Shown here piece by piece: positions 39,859 through 53,405 of a stretch of 64,000 bases of DNA. A program made the translations under genes and the position numbers. Position 1 is the first letter of the stretch. The number at the start of each line of letters is the position of its first letter. Location of the stretch: contig OX597826.1 in the NCBI GenBank assembly GCA_951406725.2, positions 40,238,001 through 40,302,000 on the forward strand, read 5' to 3'. The DNA is from Octopus vulgaris (lineage: Eukaryota). Below the pieces are notes generated by a model, which saw nothing but the letters and a program-made list of their open reading frames with translations, was not told the origin of the DNA and searched no databases.

Positions 39859-40309
39859 AGATAGATAAATAGATAATAATAATAATAATAATAATCCTAC
39901 GCAAAATACTCTATGTAATAAGGTTTAAAACAAACATAATTTTCGGTTTAAAAAAAAAAAAAAAAAAACCTTTTTTTTTCTTTTTAGACATTCATTAGTA
40001 CAACATCCCCACCCCCCAAATATATGGCACACTAGGCATAACAACAACATGAACTTCCAACCCTGTTGTCTCTTGAGGTCTCTGGGTGAGACTTGGAGCC
40101 AACTTGTACAAATATAAAGCAAAAGTCAAACATAGAATAATAATAATAATAATGATAATAATAATAATAAAATGGGAAGACAGAATGGTGTTATTTCATC
40201 GTTCGACGCCCACAAAGGAAGAAGTGCATCTTGAAGATGAGACAATTGTTGTGCTATATAACTTTTTTGTTACATTCTATCTACTCTTTTTATCTTTAAT
40301 ATGTACATT

Positions 40310-40358
<49 letters not shown>

Positions 40359-40413
40359 TATATATTTATAAATATATATATATAAATACCTTTAAATGTT
40401 AAATTTATAAATA

Positions 40414-40597
40414 ACTTATAAAATAAGGGCAAAAGAAAGATTCTAATGCCAAATATGCCGAAAAAAAAACAAAATTGTCAATAACCATTATAATTTATGC
40501 GTTTCGAGACGCATAAATTATAATGCTTATTGACAATTTTGCCTTTTTTTCGGCATATCTGGCATTAGAATTTTTCTTTATCCCTTATTTTATAAGT
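40414..40597. repeat. ~184 bp imperfect palindrome centred on TC|GA of a hammerhead-like CGAAACGC
   Basis: Arms of about 92 bp pair with several mismatches. A single-arm relative lies at 14711-14781 between (TA)n tracts. Confidence 0.9.
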
Positions 40598-40685
40598 AAT
40601 ATATACATATATGTATATATATATATATATATACACTTCGTGTTAATATCTGCGTGCAGTTCGACAAATTATATTTATGACGAAT

Positions 40686-40758
40686 CCTACTGATGATCTG
40701 TAGATTTATAGTGTAAGTAAAATTGCATAATTTATCAACAGTGAAACAATTGTCTGGG
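40686..40758 (+). ncRNA. Type I hammerhead ribozyme motif in a pLTR-like module (40635-41017)
   Basis: CCTA-CTGATGA-T CTGTAGAT...ATCAACAG T-GAAAC-AATT-GTC-TGGG. Canonical GUC site and palindromic loop III. Confidence 0.75.
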
Positions 40759-41012
40759 GTTAATCTATATTTTTGTTATTTTTCATTTGTCCTGCTCGCT
40801 TACGTTCATAGTTGTGCTAATTTTTCTTGAGAACAATTCTTAGTTATTGAGGCCATTGCGGATCTATTTTTAGCGTAAGAGCATCGACAGAGTGGATTCT
40901 CTCTCGTATTTGTGTATTAATATTTACTGAATCTCAGTTTTTTATGCGCTAAACCACTTGGTGTTAAATTGATGTTATTAAATTAATATCCAATTTTTTC
41001 ACCCTTATTTTG

Positions 41013-41059
<47 letters not shown>

Positions 41060-41066
<7 letters not shown>

Positions 41067-41347
41067 TATTGGTGAATTGAAGAAATGGAGCTGAACGCAG
41101 ATTGAACAGAAATCGTTTTATTTCATTCTACACGTGTTTCGAAAGGCACAATTTACCAAAATTTACCAAAATCCGATTGAATAATGGGACCATATTGTGT
41201 CTTTCTGAAGAGAAAGACACAATATGGTCCCATTATTCAATCGGATTTTGGTAAATTGTGCCTTTCGAAACACGTGTAGAATGAAATAAAACGATTTCTG
41301 TTCAATCTGCGTTCAGCTCCATTTCTTCAATTCACCAATAATATTTT
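41060..41347. repeat. ~288 bp near-perfect palindrome with a 4-nt loop (GAAG) and a 10-bp tandem duplication in the left arm
   Basis: Arms 41060-41206 and 41211-41347 are reverse complements apart from an extra ATTTACCAAA. Confidence 0.97.
41202..41281 (+). ncRNA. Type I hammerhead ribozyme motif starting at the palindrome apex
   Basis: TTT-CTGAAGA-GAAAGACACAAT...ATTGTGCCTTTC-GAAAC-ACGT-GTA-GAA. Strong stem II, palindromic loop III, short stem I. Confidence 0.75.
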
Positions 41348-43050
41348 AATTTCAATTATCCGCACCAACGCACGGTTGCAACACCATATGGTTGTACCTC
41401 CAACCGTGCTGTTTACTGCTGTGATTTTTGCTACCAAGGTATCGGTTAAACTTTTGATTAATCTACTACAAGATTATTCATCTTTCTATTTCACATAATA
41501 TATATATATATATATATATATCACAGATGTATGTATACTATGTATGTATACTCACAAGTGAATTTTAGGATAGTTGAAATATGCTTACAACATTTCAACT
41601 GCTAAGAGTTAAATTCACTGCAGTTACCGTGATGGAAATTTCCTTCTATGGTAAAAAGTTGTAAAACCGCCAGATATGGTGTCTTGATAACGTTTTACAA
41701 TAAGTGCAAAATTTCCTCTCGGCGGTAAATGCAGTGCCTTTACATCTACGAGTTGAGATATGTTACGGATATATTTTAACTATGCCTAATCCCTGCCAGG
41801 CGCTGACACTGCTGATATAGTCTCTAACATATAACACATACATGATACATAGACATACATAGATTAATATGTGTATAATGAAGGTGAACGATAACACATG
41901 TACTGATGTTTCAACGATAGCACACGTACTGATGAATGCCTGTGACTTTAGATATGACTGACCTTGGAGTATCTTCAAAACATCTGGTAGTGACTTATTT
42001 CCTAGTCAAGGATTATGTCCCTTTTTAGCGCATGCCTAAGACCATCCATCTCCCTGAGTAAAAACTTCGACCAGGAAGAAAGAGCTTCAAGAACATTTTG
42101 CATGTACACTATGCTTCTCATGAGGAATCAAAAATATCTCCTGCCTTTAATGACTATTGCTACCGTGCAACCAGTACGTATCGGATGCTAAATTTTGGGG
42201 AATATCATCACAGTAACAGAGTACCAAGGTCATTCGACTATATTGATGTTGTTCACAGAGACACGCGATATCAAATTCAGAGATTGTATGTGCGCGTGTG
42301 TGTGTGTTTCTGTACATACGCGTGCCATGTTTATATACGCGTATGTCGTGTCATGTGGGTACCACGTGTATATTTGACGTGTTACAGAAAAAAGTCAGTA
42401 AATAGTGAATATATTTGAAAAATGAAAATAAGTTTTTTCCCTCCTTTGGATCTATTGCGAAGTGATATGCGACACACGCAGAGATGATGGATGGATTGAT
42501 CCGCGGAACGGAAATGGTGATCAACTGGAAGTGTTGAGTCAATTGAGGAGGAGGTTGATGCTGAAGAATAAGGAATAGGTGTGACAGTGGGGACAGGAGG
42601 AAGGAAGTGGATCAGACATGCGCCTTTAAAACTGAGAAGGTGATGAGGAAATTCACAGAATCACACTTGGGGTTTCGGCATGCGCTGGAAAGGGTTATGG
42701 GGGTAGTAGATGAAAGGGAAAGGAAGGCAGTTGTAGGTAAAGTGGAAGGGAGTATAGTGGCAGCACTGTCGACTTCAGGCGCATCGATGAAGTCAGTTCG
42801 GACTAGATGTGTGTTTACGTGTTAAATAAAGTATTGAAAAAGACTTGAGATTATCTCCGAATCATAGCTTCGTCCACAAGGACGGTAGAGGCAAGGAAAT
42901 TGTAAGTAGCGGGTAAAGTCTCTGATGTAGAAGCACAGGAAGTGAGATACTCAAGAGTTTCAGTGTGGGTTTGTAGATTTGTAAAAGACAGAGTTGGCGG
43001 ATTTTGCTAAAGCTAATGAGGAGATAAACTGCAGTATATACGTGTGTGTT

Positions 43051-43135
<85 letters not shown>

Positions 43136-43333
43136 AATTGTACATATGCATATTATATATATAAAGAGACTTGTATGTAGATGAATACAAATGTATGTCC
43201 GTGTATGTGCATCTTTGTGTATGCGCGCAAGCGTACTATGTGGAATAGCGGAACAAAACCAAATATAAATTTTCATTTCAGCGTTTACATACTGTGTCCG
43301 TGTTCCTATAAGCGGCTTTTTGTATACTCTCTC

Positions 43334-43431
<98 letters not shown>

Positions 43432-44929
43432 TATTTTCATCAAGACAGAAATGGTGAATATTGATAGAGGTGGGTCGGAGATGGTTACAGAATACACAGA
43501 AAAATTAATATCATTTTTTATGTGGTGGTGTTTGCATTTATCCTGGGGTTACGATTTGGCTGTTTAATTAAAAGCACCACCGAATTTATTTTTCCACCAA
43601 TAGTTTGCTGGCCAAAGGTTTTGTACTCGAAATCCATATAGTAATAATGTTTTAAAAAAATAATAATGAAGACCTAACACAGAGAATATTCTATCAGAGA
43701 ACGTCACCTGATATCTGAGATTAATTAAAGACACATACATTTACTCCGTCGATAAATGTAACGTCATGGCTTGTAATATCGGTTTTCTTTAACATTCTAT
43801 ACTTTATATTAGACGAATCGAGAAGTCGATACAATAATGTTTTCCCCAAAAGCAATAACATTATTATTTTTTGTATATATCTATAATACAATCTTGTTCA
43901 TTATATCTGTTGTCCAATAAGCCAAACAACATGAGGAATCTTACAATAAACACATCACCAGGTGCCTTAGCGTTTGGGTTCTTTCACAAAGAGAAGGAAT
44001 TATGTCATATGACTAGTGTTCTTACATCTCTTGTCAGAAAGTTGATGGAAAATGAGCTGAAGCTGATCAGAAGATTAAGTTTAAAAAATGCCTTCAGCAG
44101 AGAATCAAAATTGCTTCCTGTTCTCGGGTGTCACATACTAACAGCTTCTAATAAGATTACTGATCCAAGCCCTTTCAGAGAGAATATATTCTGGTATATC
44201 TCCTTTTTTTATGAAAATTATAATCTATTTGTAAATATTTGTACTCTTCCTGTAAAGAAAGAGTTGATACCAATCAGAAAACATCACCGGGATATAGATG
44301 ACTACAAAGATTCAGAGTTAGACGTTGAACTTCAGAAATGTTTATTGGCCAATTTCTTTGCTTGAAAACAACTGATTTTTAAAAGTACCACCTAAACATT
44401 TAGTAAAGTTGCTATGGTTACCCATAATGAAAATTAAAAGCATCACTGGAGTAAGTTTTAAGCGGCTGTCCGTAAGTATCCCCTTCCTCGTTGAGGTTAA
44501 GATCTTCATATGTGCAGGTGAGTTGACTTCTGTGGCAGAACACGATTTTACTTTTAGGCCCGAAGCTGTAAAATATTGCCAACGAAATTGCATCTTTTAG
44601 CAACAGCATCATCCTACATAGCATGTTAGCAATTTAATGGCATTTTCTAGTAACTGTTGTTCACACACCTTAATATCTTCTACAGAAATGTGAAATAATC
44701 GATACTTTTCGTCGCGTTTTACGATCGTAAGCACTTAAAAGTGGTCATGGGACATTTTGCTGATCTAGCCAGTTCTTGAAATTCGAAAAAATAACTTTCA
44801 AAATTTGACGTTACTTAATAATTAAGTCCAAGAGATATTACACATCCTTCTACAGTTTACGTAAAGCATATCGTTATTTTTAACCCATATATATGTGTGT
44901 ATATATATTTATATATATATGTGTGTGTG

Positions 44930-45072
44930 TACGACGGGTTTCTTTCAGTTTCCGTATACCAAGTCCATTCACAAGGACATAGTAGAAGATATTTGCACAA
45001 GGTGAGATGCAGTGGGACTGAACCTGGAACCATGTGGTTGGGAAGGAAGCTTCTTACCACACAGCCACACCT
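44930..45072 (-). mobile_element. SINE family A, 5' half
   Basis: Reverse complement of the tRNA-like head (GTGGCTGTGTGGTAAGAAGCTT...GGTTCAGTCCC). Confidence 0.8.
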
Positions 45073-45091
45073 CCATCATCTATTTATATAT

Positions 45092-45145
<54 letters not shown>

Positions 45146-45155
<10 letters not shown>

Positions 45156-45444
45156 CTCTGAACGGGGTATAAACAGTAGCTGCACAACAATGTGAAGTAT
45201 ATTTGCCACATAAATGTGACTAACCCCTAAGTGTGGATGCTACTGTAGCTTGTAGCCCCAGGAGGACACTTCCTCCAGCTGGCTATTGACAACCTTTCTG
45301 TGCCCTATCAGTATTTGCAAAGGGAAGCCATCCTTCCCGTTTTCAACATATGATACCCTTAGCGGTTAGCCACATTTAAGTGATAAATATACTTCACGAT
45401 GTCGTGCAGCTACTGTTTACACCCCGCTCACAGATTTATTATTA
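45146..45444. repeat. Foldback element: ~85 bp inverted arms around a ~125 bp spacer
   Basis: AATAAATCTCTGAACGGGGTATAAACAGTAGCTGCAC...CTAACCCCTAAG versus the right arm reverse complement AATAAATCTGTGAGCGGGGTGTAAACAGTAGCTGCAC...CTAACCGCTAAG. Confidence 0.85.
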
Positions 45445-45559
45445 CTTGTTTACAATTTTCGATATCAGTGACTTTTAGTCACTGGAAAAAAAGGATATAT
45501 ATTTGCAAAGGGATCCTACTTTTCATCGACAACCGGTGATTGTCACACGCTGATGACGG

Positions 45560-45858
45560 GATGCGTGGGGCGTAGTTGAGCGAGAGACAAAACTCCTTGT
45601 AACGCCAAAGATGAACTGAAAGCAAGGATTATAGCAGCATTCACCAACTTAAACAGGGAAATAGCGCAGAAGAGTAGCAGGAAATTCTGAAGTCGTCTGG
45701 AGGCTGTGGTTGAAACCAATGGCCATTTTATTGAATAAATTCACTCTTTAGTCTCTCAAGATGTCTTTATGTAATTTTGGTAAATATATCTGTTAAAATG
45801 AGATGAAACTGATATTTTCATTTTTACGTTTAGACGACAGTTTATTCATCGCACCCTG
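45560..45858 (+). mobile_element. 3' fragment of the maT-like element with intact right TIR
   Basis: Aligns with 8145-8440. Ends GACGACAGTTTATTCATCGCACCCTG, the reverse complement of the CAGGGTGCGATG TIR at 7570. Confidence 0.85.
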
Positions 45859-45963
45859 TGTATATGCATATATATACATATATGCATTTCTGTGTACATG
45901 TGTATATTTGCATGGATTCATTATATATACGTGTGTCTATGTATGAATACGTATAATTATATT

Positions 45964-46009
<46 letters not shown>

Positions 46010-46275
46010 TGATTGTGTGAGAGTCCGCACTCAAGGTTAATGGTGAGCATATATATATATATACGTGAGTGTGTATCTGTTTGGGAGTAAGAGTGTGTAT
46101 ATACACACGTCATTAGCTATATGTATGTGCAAGCCAAAGTGGATTGGTTTACTTATTTTTGCGTACGTATGTGAATATATATATATATATATATATATAC
46201 CCACATATGAGAGTGGGGTATAATTAAGTGCATAAGTATATATGTAGATCGATGTATGTATATATGTATGCATTT

Positions 46276-46329
<54 letters not shown>

Positions 46330-47077
46330 GTATGTATATACGTGTGTATATATAGATGCGTAAATTTATGTGTGTATACACGAATATGCACGTGACTATA
46401 TGTGTATATATAGGCATATAAATACATAGGTCTGTGTGGGGGAGTGTATATATGAGCCTTTGTGTGTATGTGTGCATGTATCCGACCACTGAATACTAAA
46501 GGTCAGCTAAAGAAATCCAAACGTGTAGCTAACAATGAAGAAAAGATCAGCAATACAACCAAATAAAATACCAATCCCATTAATTGTCAGTCATCTACTA
46601 AAATACACACCTAGCAGTCAGCTAACCGCACTCTGGCAGCACATCCCATGATTCTATTAGCTTCTACTGATTTCAAACCACATCGGAAGAAGGGAATGGC
46701 TTTGATGTCGATGAAATTAAACTCACGGTGACAACATTAGCATATCGCCTGAGAAAACACAACTAGAGCTCATTATGCAAGCAAAAATTACATAATCAAA
46801 TACCTGTATTCCTGGAGAATTTGTGTTGCGTCGAAACAATTGTAGCGATTAAAAAATAACTGTCCAATAGTACTCCTCTTGTTAACCCCAATATATTCAG
46901 TTTTATATTCACACACGACGATTGCCCAAATTTAAACTTGAAAGTATATAATAATACTACCGCATAGTAGTACTGGGCAATTCTGAAGGTAGACGAGCTT
47001 TATACTGCACTCTACCGCGTTCTTAACGGAATATAACATAACTATATTTATATATATAATCTTTTATTTTTTTATTC

Positions 47078-47183
47078 CTTTATTTGTTTCAGTCATTTGA
47101 CTGCGCCCATGCTGGACGAACAAATCAGTGGGACTGAACCTGGAACCATATGGAAGCTACTTACCAGACAGCCACTCCTGCGC

Positions 47184-47184
<1 letters not shown>
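47078..47184 (-). mobile_element. SINE family A, internally deleted (head fused to tail)
   Basis: Tail TTTCAGTCATTTGACTGCG joined to head CAGTGGGACTGAACCTGGAACC...GCCACTCCTGCGCC. Confidence 0.75.
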
Positions 47185-47219
<35 letters not shown>

Positions 47220-47224
<5 letters not shown>

Positions 47225-48010
47225 CCGGATGAACTCCCAAAACACATAGACCCCAAAATAATAAACTTATCTAAAAGAGAACTTGACGAATATGAAATTA
47301 ACCTATTACTAAAAGGCCTCAAATTTACACCTACACCCACTCCAAACCTCATAGAACTAAAAACTGACATAGACAACTTCAGCCGCAACCTCCACCTTAT
47401 GGAATTCTTTGAAAATAAAGAAACAGAAGATAACTCAATCATAAGAAAAAAATCCCACTTCACCCCTTACAAGGGAAGTGACAAACACCTTGACACATAC
47501 ATAGAAACAATATCCAAATTCCCTCTTCACACACACAAATGCAAACAGAATCTCCGCAGAGAAGAAAAACAAGCCCTACAAAAACTGAAAAATGACAAAT
47601 CAATCGTTATAAAAGAAGCTGACAAAGGTGGAGCAATAGTAATTATGGACACAGATTACTACAAAGAAAAGATACTAGAGTTACTGAACAACCAGACATA
47701 TTACAAAGAGGAACGAACACCACCGGAGAAAACAACAATAAGAAAAATTAGAACTTTAGTCAATGAATATCAGGACTCCTTTACAGATAAGGAGGAAGAC
47801 TATCTATGCAACTCACAAACCAAAGAAAGCAACTTTTATGGATTACCTAAAATTCATAAAAGCTCGGAAATACAGAGAGCCATAAAGGAACAGAGGAACC
47901 ACTATATAAGATATTTCCCTTCTACAAGTGTCCGAAGAACGACACCCCCTTCAGGAGGAATATGGAAAAACATTTCATAGCTAAGTTCTCCCCCAAATTA
48001 AATGGCTGAA
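47220..48010 (+). mobile_element. Internally deleted Penelope-like element (N-terminal/pre-RT region fused to the extreme C-terminus)
   Basis: About 230 stop-free aa: IINLSKREL..LLLKGLKFTPTP, IVIKEADKGGAIVIMD, FYGLPKIHK. Then an abrupt jump to RRNMEKHFIAKFSPKLNG* (end of GIY-YIG domain). Starts at a (TA)n tract. Confidence 0.9.
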
Positions 48011-48021
48011 ACTTTACTCAA

Positions 48022-48620
48022 CATACATTGAAGGACAAACATTTTTTTTCGATTTACAATATGATACAGTGGAACATTTAATATGTGTGTGTGTGTATAT
48101 ATATATAGGTGTGTGTGTGTATATGTTACCTGTTACATACATTATATTGTTTTTGCAATTTACTTGATCTTTACTCGCCAATTGTCATTCTAACTTTAAC
48201 CTTCCTATGATATGCAATTTTCAAGATGGTGTAACTTGATTGTTCATTTTGATTCGTTAGAAGGTGGATTTTTCCCTAATATTTCATGTGTAAGCATGTA
48301 TATATATATATATATAGTGACATTGAAGGACGCATCTTTCGATTTACAATCTAATATAGTAGAACATTTAGTATATGTCTGTGTGTGTATATGTATATAT
48401 ATATATATATATATATCTGTGTGTGTATAGATATGTGTATTGCCTGTTATATACATCATATTATATTATTATCTTTATAATTCACTTCCATCTTTACCTT
48501 TTAATCGTCACTTTAATTTTAACTTTCCTACGATATACAATTTTCAAGATGGTATAATTTGGTTGTTCATTTTTGACCGATAAAAAGGTTTTTTTCAAAT
48601 ATTTTATGTATAAGTCTGTG
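48022..48620 (+). repeat. Diverged ~300 bp tandem duplication downstream of the PLE ORF
   Basis: ACATTGAAGGAC..TTTCGATTTACAAT...CAATTTTCAAGATGGT...TTGTTCATTTT occurs twice (48022-48300, 48318-48620). Confidence 0.75.
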
Positions 48621-48838
48621 TGTGTGTATATATATGTATTGGTATAAATATCAACACACAAAAATATTTTTTTCTTCTCCACTTCCTCCCTTATTTTTAT
48701 TTATTTTTTATATTTTTTATTTTTTATATTTTTTTATTATTATTTTTTATATTTTTATTTATTTTTTTATGTTTTTATTTTTATTTTTATTTTCCCTTTT
48801 CTCTTTTTGTCTCTCTCCCCTTCTCCAAACACACAGAG

Positions 48839-48869
<31 letters not shown>

Positions 48870-48887
48870 AACACACACGGACACACA

Positions 48888-48936
<49 letters not shown>

Positions 48937-49789
48937 ATTACTGATTCAATTTTCAAGCATTATAGAATCGCATATGGATATATTGTACGTCTTTAGATGT
49001 TTATGGGGGAAAGATAACACAGGATGAGAAGCAGCATCTCATTTTTAAATTTAAATTCTGTCAAGTACTCAAACCAGTGTGGAAGATCTTATGTGGTCGC
49101 TAGAAATAACGGTTGATTTTGTTACTAATAACATTTTGCTACGTTCAAGACAAAATACGTTGTACAGTGTAATCGTTGATACGTTTTACCACATATAAGA
49201 GATAAGATGTTTACGGTTGGAATGCTTCTTATCCTAGGTCATTCGTGCTTGTTCGGGACTGATTGGTGGTAAATGGCAACAAAATTTGCTCCCTTTATAG
49301 TCAATCACTATCGTGCATGATTGTTATTTTGATATCACAATGTATCTCTCGTTACTTTTCTTACAAATACACGCGGAAAGAGCAATAAATGAACTATAAA
49401 ATATGTTAATGGTCATTGAATATACATAATACGGCGTAAACAACGACAGTTTTGAACCTAATTATCATCTATGCTGAACTTCATGTCTGTAATAAACTAT
49501 TTCTTGCTTCTCTTCCATGAATATATATCTTATTTACGAATACGTTTTTGAAAGATGCACAAAATATTTCTTGTTTCACTTCTACAGTATTCGATTCGAA
49601 GTGAAATATATTAGTAAATAATATATGATTACTAAATCGTATTACTTTTTATTGTCTACTGTGCTGCATTTTAAAAGTAACCAAGTGTCGTAAAATTGGC
49701 AAAAATATATTTCGTACAGGAAAGCAATAGCATTGGTTTTTTTTTCATTTTCATGTTAGCCTTTTTATTGGAAATGTTATTCTTGGTGA

Positions 49790-50420
<631 letters not shown>

Positions 50421-50746
50421 AAGAAAAAGAAAAAGATGATAATGATGTTGATGGCGTCATTCATGATGAGAACAACAATGACGATGAAGCTGATGCGGAC
50501 GACGAGCAGTTGAAAAAATGAGGAAGAAAGTGTAGTTAAAGGGAATTAATCATAATAAGAATTGGGGTGGGAATCTAGTATAACGATAGTGAGGTGTTAG
50601 GCAGTTAGGGGGTCTTAATGACCCCCACATACAAACACATGTATGTAAATACACACACACACAAATAGAGACGTGCACAGAGATACATACACACTTACAC
50701 CATTCTGCTGATGGTAGTTTTGGTGAAGGTTGTAGTAGTAGTATTG

Positions 50747-50845
<99 letters not shown>

Positions 50846-51019
50846 AACGAAACTGAACCGTGACAGACTAGCCCAGAAATAAAAAATAATTTTAATTCCA
50901 AATTACGCTTCTTTCCCCCCACCCAACCAACCTCCCACACTGTCCCTTATAATAGCAAACATTCCTTAGTTACACGCAAAATAGAAAAAGCCAAAAAGAT
51001 AGGTCAGTTCCTCTCACAA

Positions 51020-51990
51020 ATGCTCATATATAGTAGACCACCGAGGAAAATTGTCGACGAAACAGAGAACATATACATGAATAGCTTGTTCATCTCCTCT
51101 ATCTCTAATGGTGAAAACTACAAATATCTCAGAATCGATGAGAATGTTGCATACGTGGGTGCTGGGATTAAAGCCAGATTAACAAAAGAGTATTTCTGTA
51201 CACTCCGGGACATATGGAACTCAAGGATGTCTACATTTAACAAGACCACATCTTAAAATGCTTTGCAGTGCCAGTGCTAGTAACAACATTTAATATATTG
51301 GACTGGACACGTGACGAGATTTGCAGTACTGACCACTACTAGCAGCATCCACCGATACTATTTAAGACAAAGTGATGGCGGTAGATGCACGATGTCAGTC
51401 CAAACAGCCTTTGAATGTCAAACTGTATTACTCAGACAACACCTACTGAAGAGTAAGGAAAGAAATGAATACATTCCATTCATGCACAAAAGTGAGAACA
51501 ACAACATATTCAGAGTTGGAGATAAATAGTACGAAGGTCCTTTGAAAATATTACTGTCTCATGCGACCCAAAGGTGCTGGACTGACCTACCTAAACAGAT
51601 GCTTGGAGCAGAAGCAGGCGTCCTAGCCAGCAAAAAGCAAAGCGTGGGTACATATCCCGTAAGGAAAAGGATAATAGCAGCATTACCAGGAAGTGTAGCC
51701 ACCCTTGGACCAGAGATCGATACATTGCATACTTCCGTGAAGGATATGCTTTTGCCATCCAAGAAGGAATGGGAGATAGCTACTAAATGTCTGATAAACA
51801 ACACTGACAAAATATTATCAAACCTCTACGTTGCAATAAAAGAAAATACCGGCTCTACCATATTAGTGTGGAAAATATCACCCACATCATCAAAAGACAC
51901 CTCTAAAATGCCAGCGAGATCCTTACGCATGATATACTTGCAAAGCTATCTACAACACTATCCGCAGGAAGGATTTCTCTGATGTATACA
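51020..51990 (+). mobile_element. Degenerate Dong/R4-like non-LTR retrotransposon fragment
   Basis: YKYLRIDEN..IKARLTKEY..IWNSRMSTFNK, AVPVL..FNILDWT, YLRQSDGGR, EGYAFAIQE..EIATK and HDILAK-like motifs. Confidence 0.65.
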
Positions 51991-52820
51991 TCAAAGCCAT
52001 TTCAGAACCAGCGGCAAAGTTGACACCTGAACTCAGAAAGAAAGATCACGCAATAAGTACAGCATGCTATTTGTCAGACGTTATGTATTAATCAAATTGC
52101 TGTATGTATTAATCAAATTGCTGTATGTATTAATCAAATCCCTAAAAGAGATGAAGTGACCAACAGACTTTACATCTCCCCTTATCCTTTTGTAAATATT
52201 AATGCTTAAGATAAACAAATGTTTGTTCTAAAAAGACCCTGACATACTCGTCAAATAAATTCCACCTTCCCAACACGAACAGGAATACAATATCTAAATA
52301 ACATCAACAACATGTAAGGAAACATACTGGCCACTTAAAATATACGACCTTCATACATTCTTTGCATTTCATTGCACTACAAAAAACTGACACACCGAAT
52401 TACAAGGTTTTAAATGACAGACTAAACTTTGAATTTTGACATTTACATCCTGAAAGCAAAAGATTAAATCTAATGCAACCAGAAATAGCTAAAGCTAGTG
52501 ACACATCTGCTACACCGAAACATTCCTTCTACCTATCTGTATTGTTTTCTTAACTCCTAAAAGATAATCCAACATAAATCTGATGAATCTAAATTTACAT
52601 GTTTCTACATGCATGAATAATTCTGAAAAATATTATAGCCCCAAAGTTAATCAATGAAAAATTCTCCTTAACACCTCACCGCAACAACCTATCCTGCAAC
52701 TTAATTAGCACTCAAGATTACTTCACATACATCACAATCAAATTAAGGCTTAGACGACTGAAACTTCGAAGTCACTATAAATACAATACGTGAAAACTAC
52801 AAATATCTCAAATACGTATA

Positions 52821-53229
52821 TTCTTTTATTTGTTTCAGTCATTTGACTGCCGCCATACATGAGCACCACCTTTAGTCGAACAAATCAATTCAGGACATAT
52901 TTTTTGTGGGCCTAGTACTTATTTTATCGATCTCTGTTGCCGAAACTTTAAGTCATGGGAACGTTAACACACCAACACGGTTGCCAAGCGATGGTGGGGA
53001 AACAAATACAGACATACAAACATGCACACACACACAAATACACACATATATATATATATATATGTACGACGGACCTCTTTCAGTTTCCGTCTACCAAATC
53101 CACTCTCAAGGCTTTGGTGGGACTGAGGCTATAATAGAAGACACTTGCCGGAGGTACCAAGCACTGGGTCTGCACCCGGAACCGTGTGGTTGGTAAGCAA
53201 ACTATTTACCACATACCCAATCCTGTGCC
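52821..53229 (-). mobile_element. SINE family A, full-length, diverged
   Basis: Colinear with 15677-16146. Confidence 0.88.
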
Positions 53230-53256
53230 CCCTCTCTCTCTTTCTCTCGCTCTGTC

Positions 53257-53321
<65 letters not shown>

Positions 53322-53357
53322 AAAATAACAACAAATGCTTAACCATTTTCTCACACC

Positions 53358-53405
53358 GTCTCCGATGAAGAGATATATAAAATATCCCGGAAACAGCTGT
53401 AAGAC
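53358..53405 (+). ncRNA. Type I hammerhead motif, variant core CCGAUGA, in a module (53320-53630) flanked by (TA)n
   Basis: GTCT-CCGATGA-A GAGATAT ATAAA ATATCCC G-GAAAC-AGCT-GTA-AGAC. Confidence 0.7.

Noticed and set aside
52082-52139. Short tandem duplications (21 bp x ~2.7 here; ~31 bp x2 at about 37385-37446; 15 bp x2 at about 5642-5671)
   Set aside because: Ordinary replication slippage with no further structure.
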